Positions 1 through 11,100 of a DNA stretch of 37,592 bases are shown piece after piece; the first letter of the stretch is position 1, and the number at the start of each line of letters is the position of its first letter. Source of the stretch: Verrucomicrobiota bacterium (GTDB taxonomy: Bacteria > Verrucomicrobiota > Verrucomicrobiia > Limisphaerales > JADLHS01). The translations under genes and the position numbers were made by a program. Below the pieces are notes generated by a model. It was not told where the DNA came from and did no database searches. It worked only from the letters and a program-made list of their open reading frames with translations. The DNA lies in assembly GCA_025457745.1 (NCBI GenBank), contig JALOTT010000001.1, forward strand, positions 1 through 37,592, written 5' to 3'.

Positions 1-703
1 GGTGGAGCCGGCAAATGATCTTCAGCACCCTCCCACACCCGCCTCGCCGCAAACGACTCGGCAAGAAAACTTTGGGCCTAATCTAACCGCCATTCGCGTT
101 CACGCCGCTTCGACGTCCGAATTGCAGGCCACGGTGAAGCGACCTGAAGGTCGCGCGCCACTCACGCCAGACGATCATCGCGCCGCGATTGCCGCCGCCG
201 CGCAGGAGTTGAACGAATTGCGCGAACACTGGCTCAATCCGCCCGAATGGACGGAAACGCGCTACCTGGAATTTCCCGGCAGCGTGGGCGGCCCGTGGGA
301 TCGTTACATTGACAAAACGACCATTCGCGAGGTAGGGCGCGTCACTCCGTGCGCGCCGTCGTCCGCATCCAAAGAGCGGCGGGCAGAGGACTGCCCGCCC
401 TACCTGATCGGCACGGTGCGTTATCCGCGCCTGGCACCGCGCGACGCCGATTGCGCCGCCAAGCTGAAAAAACGCACGCTCACGAATCTTTACAACGAAC
501 GCCCCGCCTGGCTTGACCTCGCCCACAAGAAACTGGACGCCGCCGTGGCCGCCGCCTACGGTTGGCCAGCCAATCTCAGCGACGAACAGATTTTGGAACG
601 GCTGCTGGCCTTGAACCTGGAGCGCGCAGCAGAAGAAGAAAAGGCGGCAAAGGTGAAGAAGCCGCAAAAGACCCGCGAGAAGCACGCGGGCGAAGTGATA
701 TGA
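1..703 (+). CDS. C-terminal part of an MmeI-like type IIL/IIG restriction-modification DNA methyltransferase (5' end outside window), with palindromic in-frame insertions
   Basis: C-terminal signature [53 protein letters not shown] and [13 protein letters not shown], typical of MmeI-like proteins; frame open from the window edge. Confidence 0.8.
   Translation, partial: VEPANDLQHPPTPASPQTTRQENFGPNLTAIRVHAASTSELQATVKRPEGRAPLTPDDHRAAIAAAAQELNELREHWLNPPEWTETRYLEFPGSVGGPWDRYIDKTTIREVGRVTPCAPSSASKERRAEDCPPYLIGTVRYPRLAPRDADCAAKLKKRTLTNLYNERPAWLDLAHKKLDAAVAAAYGWPANLSDEQILERLLALNLERAAEEEKAAKVKKPQKTREKHAGEVI
134..160. repeat. Probable right arm of a palindromic element inside the MmeI-like CDS (encodes VKRPEGRAP)
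   Basis: GTGAAGCGACCTGAAGGTCGCGCGCCA contains the hairpin GCGACC-TGAA-GGTCGC; no left arm visible (may lie upstream of the window). Confidence 0.4.
330..405. repeat. REPIN-like element family A, in frame in the MmeI-like CDS ([24 protein letters not shown])
   Basis: AGGTAGGGCG...CGCCCTACCT terminal inverted repeat; GTAG..CTAC span 332-403 = 72 bp; 330-358 is identical to intergenic 30752-30780. Confidence 0.92.
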
Positions 704-804
704 AGAAAGCCGAGACCGCCGTAAATAATAAGGGGCAGGCCATCGCCAAGTTGGCTGCCTTGCTTCCCGCCCACCTTGGTCGCGCCTTCAAAGGAACGCT
801 ATGA
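700..804 (+). pseudogene. 34-aa ORF resembling the extreme C-terminus of a type I RM specificity subunit HsdS (remnant or minigene)
   Basis: [34 protein letters not shown] resembles the HsdS terminal motif L.aLl.s.L.rAF.GeL; ATGA overlaps with both neighbours (700-703, 801-804). Confidence 0.45.
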
Positions 805-1277
805 GAAAACCAGTTGTCCGAAAGACCAAGCCCGGCAAGTCACAAGAGTTGAATTCTGACGCCCCACGCTGCGGGCTGTGCGGCAAACGCGGCGGACTCA
901 TCCGGACCGAGTGTTGTGGCCAGTGGATTTGCGACGACGAGGACAACTACGTGCTCTTCTCCTACGCACGAAACAGTTGCCATCGCAATCACCGCCGCTA
1001 CACGCTTTGCGCCTTCCACCACGGCGAAGGTCATCCTGGTGGCTGGCAGACCTGTCCCCAGTGCCGCGAGTCCTTTCCGACCGAGATTTACGTCTCGTAC
1101 GGCACGAATGAATACAACTTCGTGAAGCTGGAGAACCCGCCTGCGTACGAACCCACGCATTGTGGCGGCTGCGGCGTGGTGATCAAGTTGAGCGACGGAG
1201 GTTACTCTGAAGGGCCGAAAGGCATTTTGTGCGAGAAATGCACGCAGAAGGCGTTTCCGATTTCCAAACTGGACTGA
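801..1277 (+). CDS. Cys/His-rich hypothetical protein, probably multi-zinc-binding
   Basis: 158 aa with CGLC, ECCGQWIC, CHRNH, CAFHH, CPQC, CGGC and CEKC motifs; AAGGA upstream. Confidence 0.75.
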   Translation: MRKPVVRKTKPGKSQELNSDAPRCGLCGKRGGLIRTECCGQWICDDEDNYVLFSYARNSCHRNHRRYTLCAFHHGEGHPGGWQTCPQCRESFPTEIYVSYGTNEYNFVKLENPPAYEPTHCGGCGVVIKLSDGGYSEGPKGILCEKCTQKAFPISKLD

Positions 1278-1337
1278 GCACTTGCGACAAAGCATAAAAC
1301 GGAAGTCCATCGTCTGACTTCCGGGTTTGAATCTGGT

Positions 1338-1397
1338 GGTGGGGCGCGTTACTCCCTGCCTGCCGCGTTTGGCTCTCAGACGATTGCGAGCCCTGCC
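1338..1397. repeat. Degenerate intergenic copy of family A element
   Basis: GGTGGGGCGCGTTACTCCCTGCCTGCCG resembles GGTAGGGCGCGTCACTCCGTGCGCGCCG; ends in GCCCTGCC like the copy ending at 30827. Confidence 0.65.
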
Positions 1398-1660
1398 AAA
1401 CTTACCGTCGTGCTTTCGGCAATACCGTCGTACCGGTATAAACCGCGTTTTTTTGGCGCGGCAAGCTGCCCTTTCTTGCGACCAACCGACATTTTGCCAC
1501 ACGCAGCTTGACCTTTGGCGGCAAATCCGCATCCTATACATCCCGGCAGAACCCGCAGCGTCGCAGTCGCCGTCCCGCATCAGCGGGACAGCGTTTCCCG
1601 GTCGCATCCGTTGAGTGCGTCGGTTATTATGACGGGGTGAGGAAGTCGGTGACATTTGAT

Positions 1661-3493
1661 ATGCAGCACATCCGAAATATCGCGATCATCGCGCACGTTG
1701 ATCACGGCAAGACCACGCTCGTGGATTGCCTGCTCAAACAATCCGGCACCTTCCGCGCCAACCAGCACGAGTCGCAGGAGGAGCGGCTCATGGACTCGAT
1801 GGACCTGGAAAAGGAAAAGGGCATCACCATCCGCGCCAAGAACGCCGCGTTCAAATACAAGAATTACCACATCAACATCGTGGACACGCCCGGCCACGCG
1901 GATTTCGGCGGCGAAGTCGAGCGCATCATGAACATGATTGACGGCGTGCTGCTGGTGGTGGACGCCGCCGACGGCCCGCAGGCGCAGACGCGCTTCGTGC
2001 TGCGCAAGGCGCTGGAAGCCGGCGCGAAGCCCATCGTGGTCATCAACAAGATTGACCGCGACAACGTGAACCCGAAGAAAGTCCTCGACGAAGTGTTCGA
2101 GTTGTTCGAGTCGCTCAACGCCACCGACGAGCAACTCGATTTCCCGTTCATCTATTGCTCGGCCAAAGGCGGCTACGCCAAGACGGAACTCGAACACGTC
2201 AGCGGCACGATGGAGCCGCTCTTCGACGCCATCGTGAAACATATTCCGCCGCCGCGCGCGAAGGCGGGCGTCGGCTTCCAGGTGCTCGTTGCGAACCTGG
2301 ATTACAGCGATTACCTCGGCCGTATCGCTTTTGGAAAAATCTACGAAGGCAAGGTCAAGCTCGGCGACGAAGCCATCTGCCGCCACGGTCAAGGCCGGAT
2401 CACCAAGGGCAAGATCACCGCGATCTTCCACTTTGAAGGCATGAAGCGCATCGAGGTCCAGGAAGCCCACGCCGGCGACATTGTGGGGCTAACCGGCTTC
2501 GAGGACGTATTCATCGGCGAAACCATTTGCGATTCCGAAGCCCGCGCCGCGCTGCCGTACATCCCGATTGATCCGCCGACGATCCAGATGGAGTTCGCCG
2601 TCAACGACGGCCCGCTTGCCGGCAAGGACGGCAAGCTCGTCACCGCCCGCCACATTTGGGAACGGCTGGTGAAGGAGACGCGCACGAACGTCGCCCTCAA
2701 GATCAAACAAACGAACGACCCGAAAATCTTTGCCGTCAGCGGACGCGGCGAAATGCAGATCGCCATTCTCGTCGAGCAAATGCGTCGTGAAGGCCACGAA
2801 GTCCTCGTCTCCCGGCCCGAAGTGCTCTGGAAAAAGGACGCCAACGGCAACTCGTTGGAGCCGATTGAAAAACTGTTCGTGGAAGTTCCGAACGATTGTC
2901 TTGGCTCGGTCATGGAAAATCTTTCCAGTCGCAAGGCGCAAATCACGAACATGAACCACGTCGGCAATCAGGTTTCCGTGGAAGCCCTCGTGCCCATGCG
3001 CGGCCTGATCGGCTTCGAGACCGACCTCGTCAATACGACCAAGGGCATGGGCGTGATGAGCCATCTGTTTCATGAATACGGCCCGGATTGCGGTGAGATT
3101 GCGGCGCGCAAAAACGGCTCGCTCGTCAGCATGGAGGCGGGTGACGCGACGTCCTACGCGCTGAACATGGTGCAGGAACGCGGCCGGCTGATGGTCGAGC
3201 CCGGCGACGCGATTTACGTGGGCATGATCGTCGGCGAGAACGCCCGCGAGAACGACATTCCCGTGAACCCGGTCAAGGAAAAGCGATTGACCAACATGCG
3301 CTCACAAGGGGACGGCAAGGGCATTCAACTTAACTCGCCGCTCAAGCTCAGCCTCGAACGCGCGATCGAGTACATTGACGTGGACGAATACGTGGAAGCC
3401 ACGCCAAAAAATTTACGTCTGCGCAAAAAAATCCTCGATGAGAACCAGCGCAAGCGCTCCGAGAAATCCCGCGTGCTGAAGTTTGTGGAGTAA
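1661..3493 (+). CDS. typA: Translational GTPase TypA/BipA
   Basis: [49 protein letters not shown] and the C-terminal [11 protein letters not shown] motif; start placed at ATG 1661. Confidence 0.97.
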   Translation: MQHIRNIAIIAHVDHGKTTLVDCLLKQSGTFRANQHESQEERLMDSMDLEKEKGITIRAKNAAFKYKNYHINIVDTPGHADFGGEVERIMNMIDGVLLVVDAADGPQAQTRFVLRKALEAGAKPIVVINKIDRDNVNPKKVLDEVFELFESLNATDEQLDFPFIYCSAKGGYAKTELEHVSGTMEPLFDAIVKHIPPPRAKAGVGFQVLVANLDYSDYLGRIAFGKIYEGKVKLGDEAICRHGQGRITKGKITAIFHFEGMKRIEVQEAHAGDIVGLTGFEDVFIGETICDSEARAALPYIPIDPPTIQMEFAVNDGPLAGKDGKLVTARHIWERLVKETRTNVALKIKQTNDPKIFAVSGRGEMQIAILVEQMRREGHEVLVSRPEVLWKKDANGNSLEPIEKLFVEVPNDCLGSVMENLSSRKAQITNMNHVGNQVSVEALVPMRGLIGFETDLVNTTKGMGVMSHLFHEYGPDCGEIAARKNGSLVSMEAGDATSYALNMVQERGRLMVEPGDAIYVGMIVGENARENDIPVNPVKEKRLTNMRSQGDGKGIQLNSPLKLSLERAIEYIDVDEYVEATPKNLRLRKKILDENQRKRSEKSRVLKFVE

Positions 3494-3545
3494 AAAAGGT
3501 GGAGCGCCGCAATCGCGGGCATCGCCTTGCTAAATCCTCGGCAAG

Positions 3546-4223
3546 CTACTTCTTCTTCGAATGTTCGGTGAGCCGCTTGACCAGTTCTAAAGCGCTGTCG
3601 GTCGCCTTCACCTTTTTGTCGAACAGGATGTCCTGCATGGACACGAATTGATCGTAATAAATTCGGTTGGCCTCATCGTCGGCCGAGATCGCGCCGCCTT
3701 TGATGGCCGCGCCGCCGTAGAGTCCCGCGCGGTCGTTATAGACGAGCACCGGATGTTCGGTGAGTGAGATTTTCCCTTCTTCACCTGCGCTGGCATCGCC
3801 GGCGGTGCCGCGCGCTTCGCCGGCGAAGTTGATCTTCGCATCGGTCAACATGCGCACAGCGTTGGTGTGCATGAGGAGAATCGCGTAAAAAACTTTTTCG
3901 CCGCCGACTTGAAGTCCCAGGCTGGCTTCGTTGGCGTGGACGAATGCCGCAGGACTCCAGTTCCCCGTCTTTAGGTCCCTGACCAACGCCACACCGCGGC
4001 CGCCTTGATAGGCGAAAATGAAGCCGGCCTTGGTGCAGTCCAGCAGGATGACGCCCTTGGCCTAGCGAAGCATGTCAGCGGGAACGCGCTTTCCCGGATT
4101 CGACTGCAGGGACTCGAATTTGGCTGTGAGCTTGTGGATTCGGTGGTCCAGTTCCGCTTTATCGAGCGCGAAGGTCGAGGTGGCGAAGCCCAGCAATAGT
4201 AAACCAAGGGTCAATGTTTTCAT
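3546..4223 (-). pseudogene. Lipid-binding SYLF/Ysc84-domain exported protein with one in-frame TAG at 4062-4064
   Basis: Signal peptide MKTLTLGLLLLGFATSTFA; the same frame reads VPADMLR*AKGVILLDCTKAGFIFAYQGGRGVALVRD..WSPAAF..SLGLQVGG..GLYGGAAIKGG..N..YY. Confidence 0.8.
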
Positions 4224-4338
4224 GAACAAATCATGACCCAGCAAACCGGTTTGCGCAAAGGTCAATGCCGGCTGCGGATGGAAATGATTGAACGCGAGCG
4301 CCAAGTCGCGCCCGGTGGGCGTCGAGCGTTGCTGCAAA

Positions 4339-4368
4339 GGCAGGGACGCGGTGGAACGCGTCCCTATC
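4339..4368. repeat. Single REP-like hairpin (may act as terminator of the DUF465 gene)
   Basis: AGGGACGCG-GTGGAA-CGCGTCCCT, 9-bp stem ending CCCTAT, close to the CCCTAC ends of the other elements. Confidence 0.6.
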
Positions 4369-4373
4369 AGTTC

Positions 4374-4649
4374 TTAGTTCGCCACGCCTGATCCCTGACA
4401 CGTAGGGCAGGGAGCGGGGGCGTGGCGGATGAGGTGATAGATGTAATCCTTCAACTTCGCCCGGCGCATCTTCAACTCCTCGGTTTCCTGGTCGGTGGCG
4501 AAGTCTATTTCTTCTTCGATGCGACAAATTTCGTCATCGAGCCGGTGGTATTCATCGTAGAGGTGGCGGAAGTGTTGGTCGCTCTTAAGCCGTTTGATGG
4601 TTTCGCGGTGTTCGGGAAACTCACGCAGGATGGGGTGATGCAGGTCCAT
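4374..4649 (-). CDS. DUF465/YdcH-family small coiled-coil protein
   Basis: EFPEHRETIKRLK.DQHFRHLYDEYHRLDDEI..IEE....ELKMRRAKLKD pattern. Confidence 0.85.
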   Translation of the reverse strand: MDLHHPILREFPEHRETIKRLKSDQHFRHLYDEYHRLDDEICRIEEEIDFATDQETEELKMRRAKLKDYIYHLIRHAPAPCPTCQGSGVAN

Positions 4650-4755
4650 GGGACATTCGCTCAGTTAAGTTGTTTTGTTACGGTCATCGTAGCCAAGGCC
4701 AGAAACATTAAAACGGGAGTTGCCCGCCGCCGCCAGTTTTTTCTTTCGATCCGCG

Positions 4756-7146
4756 TCATTTATTTCCCGGCGATCCGACGAATTCCATCCCGACCACGCA
4801 GACGTCGTCATCAAATTCATGGTTCGCGGCAAAATCCCGGACTTCGTTCAACACTTCATCGAACAATTGAGCCGCGGGTGATGGCAGCCGCTTCCGCACG
4901 GCGGTGGCGAGCTGGTCTTCGGTGTAAAGTTCCTGATTGGCGGCGTGAACCTCGTAAAGCCCATCGGTGAACAACATCACCAGGTCGTGCGGCGCGAGCG
5001 TCGCTTGGGAAGTCTGGTAATGCGCCTGCTCGAACAGGCCGAGCGCCGGCTGGTTTCTGCCCGAGGCATTCTTGAGCGTCTCAACTTTGCCCGCGCCGCG
5101 CCGGATGTGCAGCGGCTTGGGATGGCCGGCGTTGGCGTAACGCGCTTTGCCGGTGCTGGAATTGGCCACGAGGCAAAACGCCGTCGTCAACACCGGCGTG
5201 CCGGTATGTTTGAGGATGGCGAACAGTTCAGAGTTCAACTTGGTCATGAACCGACCCGGCTCGTGGGCCAACGGGCGAAGCCCCTCCACCAGCGCCCGGA
5301 TCATCGCCGTCACCAAAGCCGACCGCACGCCGTGCCCGGCCACGTCGCAGATGAACACCGCCGCCTCCGTGTCCGAGAGCGCCGTGACGCTGAAGAAATC
5401 CCCGCCCACCGTGCCGCTGGGATGATAGCGGTGCGTGAATTGAAACGCGCTTTCCGCCGGCGCGGCGTTGCGTGGGAAAGCCGGCAACTGCTGCGGCAGC
5501 ATGGCCAGTTGAATTTCCCGCGCCATCTTGAGGTCGTCCTCCATCACCGCGTTTTTCACGCGCAACTCCTCCTGACTGCGGGCGAGTTCGGCATTGGCCT
5601 GGTGAATTCGTTCCTCGGCCATTTTCTGCTCCGTGATGTCCCAGAACATTCCTTGCAGGCTTACCACTTTGCCGTTCGCGTCGAAAATGGGCATCTTCAA
5701 AACGTGAATGAACCGACGCTCGTGGCTTAGGAATTTGCTTTCCTCGATCTGCTCGAAGATTTTGCCGCCCCGGATGACCGACAAATCGTCCTGGTCGCGC
5801 TTTTCCGCGAGTTCCCGCGGCAGAAAATCGTAAATCGTCCGTCCGAGAATCTGATCCAGCGGGCGGTTCAGCATTTTACAGAACTGCGGATTGGCGAAGA
5901 TGTAGCGTCCCTGGAGGTCCTTGCGGAAAATGCACTGCGGCATCACCTCGACCAGGGAGTGGTAAAGCGCCTCGGAATTCCGAAGGTTTTCCTCCATCTG
6001 CCGCTCTTTGGTGATGTCCCAGAAAATCCCTTGCACGCCGATGGTCCAGCCGGTGGCGTCGTAAAGCGGCGTCTTGACCACCTGCACAAACATTTTTTCC
6101 CGGCCCGGCTCCTGATGCTCTTCGATCGTCTGAAACGCCTGGCCGGTTTCCATCACGCGCCGGTCGTCGTCGCGATATTTCCTGGCGAGTTCCTCGGGAA
6201 AAAAATCGAAATCCATCTTGCCGACAATCTCGTCCAGCTTCTTGCCCAAGAGATTACAAAAACGCTGGTTGGCGAAAATGAAGCAGCCCTGCGTGTCCTT
6301 GCGAAAGATGTTTTGGGGGATGGTTTCGACCAGCGAATGGTAAAGCGTCTCCGAATCGCGCAGGTTTTCTTCCGCCTGCCGGCGTTGCGTGATGTCCTCG
6401 ACCGTGCCCTCGTAGTAAAGCAACCGGCCGCCGGCGTCGCGGATGGCGCGGCAGTTTTCCGAAATCCAGATCATGCTGCCGTCCTTGCGGAAAACCTGAG
6501 ACTCGAAACCGGCGATCGTGTCGTGCTCCTGCATGATGCGGACGAATTCATCGCGCCGGCCCGGTTGCACGTAAAGCCGGCGGCCGATGTCCGTGACGCT
6601 CGTCATCAACTCCTCCGGCGTGGCATAGCCGTGGATGCGGGCCAGCGCCGCGTTGGCCATCAAATAGCGACCCTCGGGCGTGGTTTGGAAAATCCCCTCC
6701 GCCAGATGATCGAAGATTCCCCGATATTTTCCCTCGGCCGCCAGCAACGCCATGTCCGCTTCGTGCCGCTCGACGGTGTAACGGATCGAACGCAGCAGCC
6801 AGCTCGGAGTGAGCTGGCCCTTCACCAGATAATCCTGCGCGCCCGCGTGCACGGCTTCGAGGGACAGTGTTTCGTCGTCCGCCGCGCCGATCACGATCAC
6901 CGGCACGTGCGGCGCCTGTTCCTTCAGCAAGGAAATGTTCAGCAACCCCGCGCCATCCGGGAGAAAAAAATCGAGCAGCACCACCCCGAACGGATCCTGC
7001 ACGAGACGGGCAATGGCTTCGGCCAGCGAAGTGACAGTGACGACATCAGCCACGGTGTCGCGCGCCTGGTCGAGCATTCCACAGACGGTGCGGGCGAACG
7101 CGTCGTCGTTCTCGATGAGCAGGACCTTCAGTGGTTCTGTGGCCAT
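4756..7146 (-). CDS. Receiver-3xPAS-SpoIIE/PP2C (RsbU-like) phosphatase
   Basis: N-terminal receiver (VLLIENDD, LLDFFLPD, GAQDYLVK); three PAS/PAC repeats ending DIT; AREIQ, VGGDFF, DVAGHG, NAGHP, LFTDGL and DDVC motifs. Confidence 0.93.
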   Translation of the reverse strand: MATEPLKVLLIENDDAFARTVCGMLDQARDTVADVVTVTSLAEAIARLVQDPFGVVLLDFFLPDGAGLLNISLLKEQAPHVPVIVIGAADDETLSLEAVHAGAQDYLVKGQLTPSWLLRSIRYTVERHEADMALLAAEGKYRGIFDHLAEGIFQTTPEGRYLMANAALARIHGYATPEELMTSVTDIGRRLYVQPGRRDEFVRIMQEHDTIAGFESQVFRKDGSMIWISENCRAIRDAGGRLLYYEGTVEDITQRRQAEENLRDSETLYHSLVETIPQNIFRKDTQGCFIFANQRFCNLLGKKLDEIVGKMDFDFFPEELARKYRDDDRRVMETGQAFQTIEEHQEPGREKMFVQVVKTPLYDATGWTIGVQGIFWDITKERQMEENLRNSEALYHSLVEVMPQCIFRKDLQGRYIFANPQFCKMLNRPLDQILGRTIYDFLPRELAEKRDQDDLSVIRGGKIFEQIEESKFLSHERRFIHVLKMPIFDANGKVVSLQGMFWDITEQKMAEERIHQANAELARSQEELRVKNAVMEDDLKMAREIQLAMLPQQLPAFPRNAAPAESAFQFTHRYHPSGTVGGDFFSVTALSDTEAAVFICDVAGHGVRSALVTAMIRALVEGLRPLAHEPGRFMTKLNSELFAILKHTGTPVLTTAFCLVANSSTGKARYANAGHPKPLHIRRGAGKVETLKNASGRNQPALGLFEQAHYQTSQATLAPHDLVMLFTDGLYEVHAANQELYTEDQLATAVRKRLPSPAAQLFDEVLNEVRDFAANHEFDDDVCVVGMEFVGSPGNK

Positions 7147-7294
7147 GACTTGATCTGTTTTGCGACCGGACGATTCAAACGAATAATACATTCGCGCCCG
7201 GCCTTATTGAAACATGGCAGGCCTGCCGCGCGGTCGCAAGCCGTTTGACTTTGACGGCGCTTTGACAACCATCCAAGCAGCAGCCAGAATGGAA

Positions 7295-8096
7295 TTGTCC
7301 CCGGAAACGCCTTGGAGCAACAACCCCGAAATCACGGCGGACTATTGCGGTTACCTGCGTGACACGCTGGAGCGCGGTTTCGCTCACAACGGGAAAATGT
7401 TTTCGACCGGGCGTCGTCGGCATCCACCTTTTCACCAACGGTGCGGTGGGCGGTCTGATGACCACCCACCCGGTTGTGACCGTGCGCGATCCGTATTTGC
7501 AGCAGGACTACAAAGAACCTTCGCATGACAAATCCCGCGCCGTCGGATACCAACTCGCCGCGCGCGTCCTGCCCAGGCTCGCGGAAAACACCCCCGCGCC
7601 GGCGGACATTGCGCCGATCGGCATCCGCGCCCGCACCATCGAAATACCCGTGCACAACAAAACTGTTTCTCGCGGCGGCGTTGCTGGGGTTGATGGATCG
7701 CGGACACTCACATTGGAAAAAACGCGCACCGAAGTCGCGCTTATCACAATTGGTGAGGCCAGTATCGCCTGCGTGCCGGGCGAGATTTATCCGGAGATCG
7801 TCAATGGGGGAATCGAGCATCCGCCGGGCGCTGATTTCGACATCGAACCGCTGGAGGTGCCGCCGTTGCGCGAACTCATGCCCGGGCGGATCAAGTTCGT
7901 CTTCGGCCTGGCGAATGACGAGCTTGGCCACATGATTCCGAAGAGCGAATGGGACGTGAACCCGCCGTATCTCTACGGTGCGAAGGGTCACGCTTACGGC
8001 GAGATCAACTCCTGCGGTCCGGAAACGGGCCGCATCGTTCACGCAGCCCTCGCCGAACTATGCCGGGAAGTGAAGTCCGCCGGCAACGGCCGGTAG
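7295..8096 (+). pseudogene. N-terminally truncated, frameshifted remnant of a neutral-ceramidase-like hydrolase
   Basis: PETPWSNNPEITADYCGYLRD (frame of ORF 7214) continues in another frame near 7400 as GIHLFTNGAVGGLMT..VPGEIYPE..GLANDELGHMIP..YGEINSCGP. Confidence 0.6.
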
Positions 8097-8150
8097 GAAG
8101 CACCCAGAAGAATCGAACGAAACACTCGGGGCTTACCGTCCGGGCGAAAC

Positions 8151-11100
8151 TTATTTGAGTTGCAGATACGCCCGGCTGCCGGTGTTCTTCACGCCGCCCG
8201 GCTGGTTCTCGGTCAGAAAAATCCGTTCCGCCTCGGCTTTGCCGCTTTGGAGAATGTATTCACGCACAGCCTTGGCGCGGTCGGCGGCGAGGGTCGCGAG
8301 GTCGGCGTCGGTGACAACCATTGCATCCATCAAAGCTTGTGCCATCTCGTTCACGTCCGCAGCGGGGCGGGCTTCGCCACCGCCGGCCGGCGACGGCGTG
8401 GACGCAACGCCCGCGTCCACAATTTCCTTCCCCGGCTTCGGCGGGCGCAGCAGCGCGGCGGCACCTCTCGGCATCTCGGCCGGGCGTCGGGACGCGGTCG
8501 GCGGTATTTCTGCCGCAATGTTGGCGATTTGATTTGTCGTCGGTCGCGTCAACGCCATGTCGCCTTTCTCCAGCGCAGTGACGTAAAGGGTTGTCACCCA
8601 TTTGGCCCGATCTTCCGGCGCGAGGGTGATTTGTTCCGACGTCGCGGTCGCGCGCTCGGACTTGCGGAGGGACATCCATTGCTTCGTGCGCAGTTGCTGA
8701 TAGAGCCGGACCTGGCGCAAACCCTTGCGGTCGGCGTCCGGGTCCACGCTGCCCTCGATTTCGAGTTGCAACGCGGGCCGTTCGTAAAGGCCACTGGCCA
8801 GCGAATCGAGCTTGGACTTGCCGTCGGTCAGGAGCAGCGAACTGCCCGGAGGGAAATCCTGGTAGCTGATTTCCTCGCCCTTGCCGCCGAAGAGCGAACC
8901 GAGCACCGCGAACGGCGACGTGATAATTTTGGTGATGACGTTGAGAATCGCGCGGCCGATGACTTTGCCGAGCCGGAATTGCGGGTCGTCAAGGCTGCCT
9001 TCCACCGGCACGTCGAGTTCAATCCGGCCATTGCGGTCTTTCAGCACGGCCACGCCGAGTTTGACTGGCAGCTTGGTCGCGTCGGGGCTGTCAACCTTTT
9101 CGCCGAAAGTGAACTGGTCGAGAATGATCAGGTTCTTCGCCGCGAGCTTGCGGTCGCTGATCTTGTAGGCCAAATCCACCCCCAGCTTGCCCTTGGCGAT
9201 GCGATAGCCCGCAAACTTTCCCGAATACGGACTGGTTGGCGTCAAATCCGCGTCCTTCATCGTAATCTTCAAATCCATGGTCAGGTTCTTGCCGAGCGGA
9301 TTGATGGTGCCGGTGATTTCGACCGGGCCACCGTTGTCTACCTTGGCGTGCAGATTCACGTCCGCGTGCTGAAGCTCATCGGAGGAGAGCCTGGAAATCG
9401 TGCCGCCCAGTTGTTGAATCGCCATGTTGACCGCCGGGGTGATCGAACGGTCGGTGAGGCGCAATTGCGCGTTGGAAAATACCACGCTGCCGATGGAGAT
9501 CTTTGGCAGCGAACGGGCCGTCGGCGCGTTCGTTTCAGGAGCGGGAACTGAGGTGGCGACGGCGGTTTTGTTTGCGCGTTTGAATTTCGCCGGTTTCTCC
9601 GCCGCTGGCGCGGGCGCGTTCGTATTCTCGATGTGCAACGCCGCGAGCAAATTGATCGTGCCGTTGGTTTCAATCACGACGCGCGCGTAGGCGTCGTCCA
9701 CCGCGATTTCCTTGATGGTCACCGCGGGCGGATTCAGGTTTGCGTCCAGGCCGGACACGCGCACCGAACTCCACTTCAACAAGTCCTCCGCCAGCACGCC
9801 GTCCGCGCTCGCAAAATCATCCAGCCGTGCATCGCCTTGAAACGTCACTTCCGGCAGTCCGCTGGTGGCTGTGCGCAGGCGGAGCTTGCCGGTGAGGCTC
9901 AATTTGCTGTCGAGGATGAACACGTTGACCTTGGGCTCGAGATACGGGTCGAGCGGTTTCAATTCAAGTTTGTCCAACGTGATCTGAACGTCGGCGGTCG
10001 GCAGAGCGAACGACGTCTCGGCATCCACCTTGACTGTGCCGTTGGTGTTCCAACGCAATGTAAGCGTGGCGGTCAGGTTGGTGCCCGGCACGTTGGAAAT
10101 GTTCTTGGCGGTGAGTGAAATGTTGTCAAGTTCCAGCCGCGCCGGTCGGGAGTTCACGAGGTCTTCGAGGCTCACCGCGCCGTTGGTCAGATTCACCTCG
10201 CGAATGACGCCGTTCCAGGCGTTCGTGCTGCTCAAGAGCATGGCGACCGCATTGGTGACGGAACGCAACAGCAGGAGGATGCCGCCGGGCGCGTTGGTGG
10301 CTCCGTCGGCAGGTTTGGAAAGTTCAACCACGTTCAACGCCGCGTCGGCGTTGCGACGCAGCCGTAGTCTTCCGCCGTCGCTGGTGATTGAATTGATTTC
10401 CGCGGTGCGGGCCATCGCATCCACGCTCGCACCGGACACGGCAAATTCCGGCAACTCGACGATGTTCGTGCCGCTGCCCGGGTCGGCGAGCTTGAAGGAA
10501 TGTAGCGCGAACGCGGCGTTGGTCACGGACGCGACGCGGTTGCTGGCGCTGAGTTCAAAGCGGTACGTTGCCCCCACGTCCACCGTCCCGTCCTTGACGA
10601 CGAAGCGCACGAAGTCCTCGTAGAGCGGCGCGTATTTGGTGAGCGTGATGTTTTGCAGTGCGAACTCACCCTGTGAGCGCAGCGGGTCGAGGAAGAAATA
10701 TCCGCGCCACGCGAATTTCTCCCCGGCATCGGTCGTGCCATTGAAGGAATAGGGATTTCTGTTGTCCGGATCAGTGCGGAAATTCGTGAGCGTCACATCC
10801 AGCGGCCCAAACACGCGCGCGAACGGGGTGCGCGGCGTCAGGTCGGTGAAAGACGCCGTGGCGCCGCCGATCTGCAGCCGGCTGATACGAAGGGCGAGCG
10901 GTTTGGACGGCTTCGGCGGCGTTGCCGGTGTGTTGGTGGGCGTGAACTTCGTAATCAGGTCGGTAAAGTTCAGCGTGTAATCCTTGTTGACTTGCACACG
11001 CACGAAAGGTTTGGTCGTGCTGACTTCCTCGAACACCCACGGCTTGCCGAAGAACGAGGTGATCTGAAAATTCACACGAACCTCATCCCACGAAATGAAC

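Noticed and set aside
1508-1660. Upstream extension of the typA ORF and the hairpin GTCCCGC-ATCA-GCGGGAC as a possible riboswitch or leader
   Set aside because: TypA homology starts at ATG 1661; one 7-bp stem is not enough to call a structured RNA.
5959-7248. Long antisense ORFs (also 8160-9551, 18065-19264, 26672-27916, 35480-37099)
   Set aside because: They shadow well-supported genes on the opposite strand, which is expected in GC-rich DNA, and show no recognisable motifs.
8355-8470. Pro/Ala/Gly-rich segment (ASTPSPAGGGEARP) in the DUF748 protein as another palindromic insert
   Set aside because: No convincing inverted arms or GTAG/GGAG ends; looks like an ordinary linker.
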